Positions 63,177 through 64,000 of a stretch of 64,000 nucleotides of DNA are shown in pieces. Each line of letters begins with the position of its first letter. Positions within the stretch are counted from its first letter, which is position 1. The notes below the pieces were generated by a model that saw only the letters and a list, made by a program, of their open reading frames with translations, made no database searches and was not told the origin of the DNA. The position numbers and the translations under genes are program-made. This DNA comes from Octopus sinensis (Eukaryota): positions 144,274,001-144,338,000 of the forward strand of contig NC_042997.1 in assembly GCF_006345805.1 (NCBI RefSeq), in the 5' to 3' direction.

Positions 63177-64000
63177 GTAATCAATATAGTTTATGGAAGT
63201 AGATACCTGCCAATTTCCCATTTTTTTTTTCTGTTTGCATTTGTTCTTCAGTAGCATTCATGAACCAAGAACTGTTTATTTTTTTTTACTTGTCTTGAAT
63301 AAATTTAATATGGTTTTTAACTCTTACAAATTACCACTGATTCTCTTTCAAACATATACTCCTGGTTTTATTATAGCCTATATTTACACTCCTTCATCAC
63401 AGTTGTTTGGTATGAAACTTGAACTTCCATGTATGAATTACTATTTATATTTTCAGTTTTGGTTTAACTACTAAGGATTTTAACAGGCTATGGGTTAATC
63501 TTCGGTGGTAGACTTTATCCATTGCCCAGTTTAACACCACTTCCTAGATGCTTTTGTCTCTTCTATTGCAAGTATTTGGTTAAGGGGGTCAGGTCTGAGG
63601 TTATGTCCTTCCCACTAATTTCTTGAGGCCCTGTTTACCTTCCTTATGATAATGACAAGAGAAAAAGAGGTATGCTTCTCTGGATCACTAAATATTAGCC
63701 AATGTCATTATATTCATGTTTAATGTTTGGAACAGAGTTGGTGACTGCTAATCTCTCATTTACATTTGGCTATAAGATGGCAGTAGTTGTCATTTTACTA
63801 TTGATTTTCTGTTTTCTTGTAAGACATTGACTGTATTCTTGTTTACAGCTGTTTCAAGCTAATTTGATTTGCTCATTTAATATTAATCTTGAGGCTTTGA
63901 AGTTCTTCAAGCAATTGTTTTCCATTGCCTGAAACATTTAGCATCTCTATAGAATGCGAGAGGCCTTAATCCTTCTTAAATTGGTTAGAAGTTTCTCAAT

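Noticed and set aside
79-63474. ORF-track entries of 60-130 aa as protein-coding genes
   Set aside because: Most overlap microsatellites (THTH, YIYI, CVCV runs), SINEs or antisense low-complexity DNA. None shows a recognisable domain except the helicase motif at 31457-31645.

Overview
AT-rich animal genomic DNA with no prokaryotic features, no CRISPR array and no long intact ORF. The SINE/MITE families resemble those I recall from Octopus genomes, so coleoid cephalopod origin is an inference. Bases 1-~5600 keep their CpGs and look like a promoter region with several candidate first exons; two may be coding and both end in a split Arg codon (CG|GT, phase 2). From ~5.6 kb to the end the DNA is CpG-depleted and T-rich on the + strand, as expected for methylated intron(s) of a long + strand gene that I could not identify. 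This part holds many tRNA-type SINEs, TTAA-flanked piggyBac-like MITEs (one with a TA-flanked mariner-like MITE nested inside), an internally deleted RTE-type LINE, a Helitron/Pif1 helicase relic, a full-length decayed U6 snRNA copy, an apparently exact 497-bp-period tandem duplication, a perfect 50-bp palindrome, an exact 43-bp ectopic copy and microsatellites. Nearly all entries in the supplied ORF track are chance or repeat-derived. I found no convincing novel multi-gene system; the best leads are listed as findings. Coordinates were counted by hand, and repeat boundaries are approximate.
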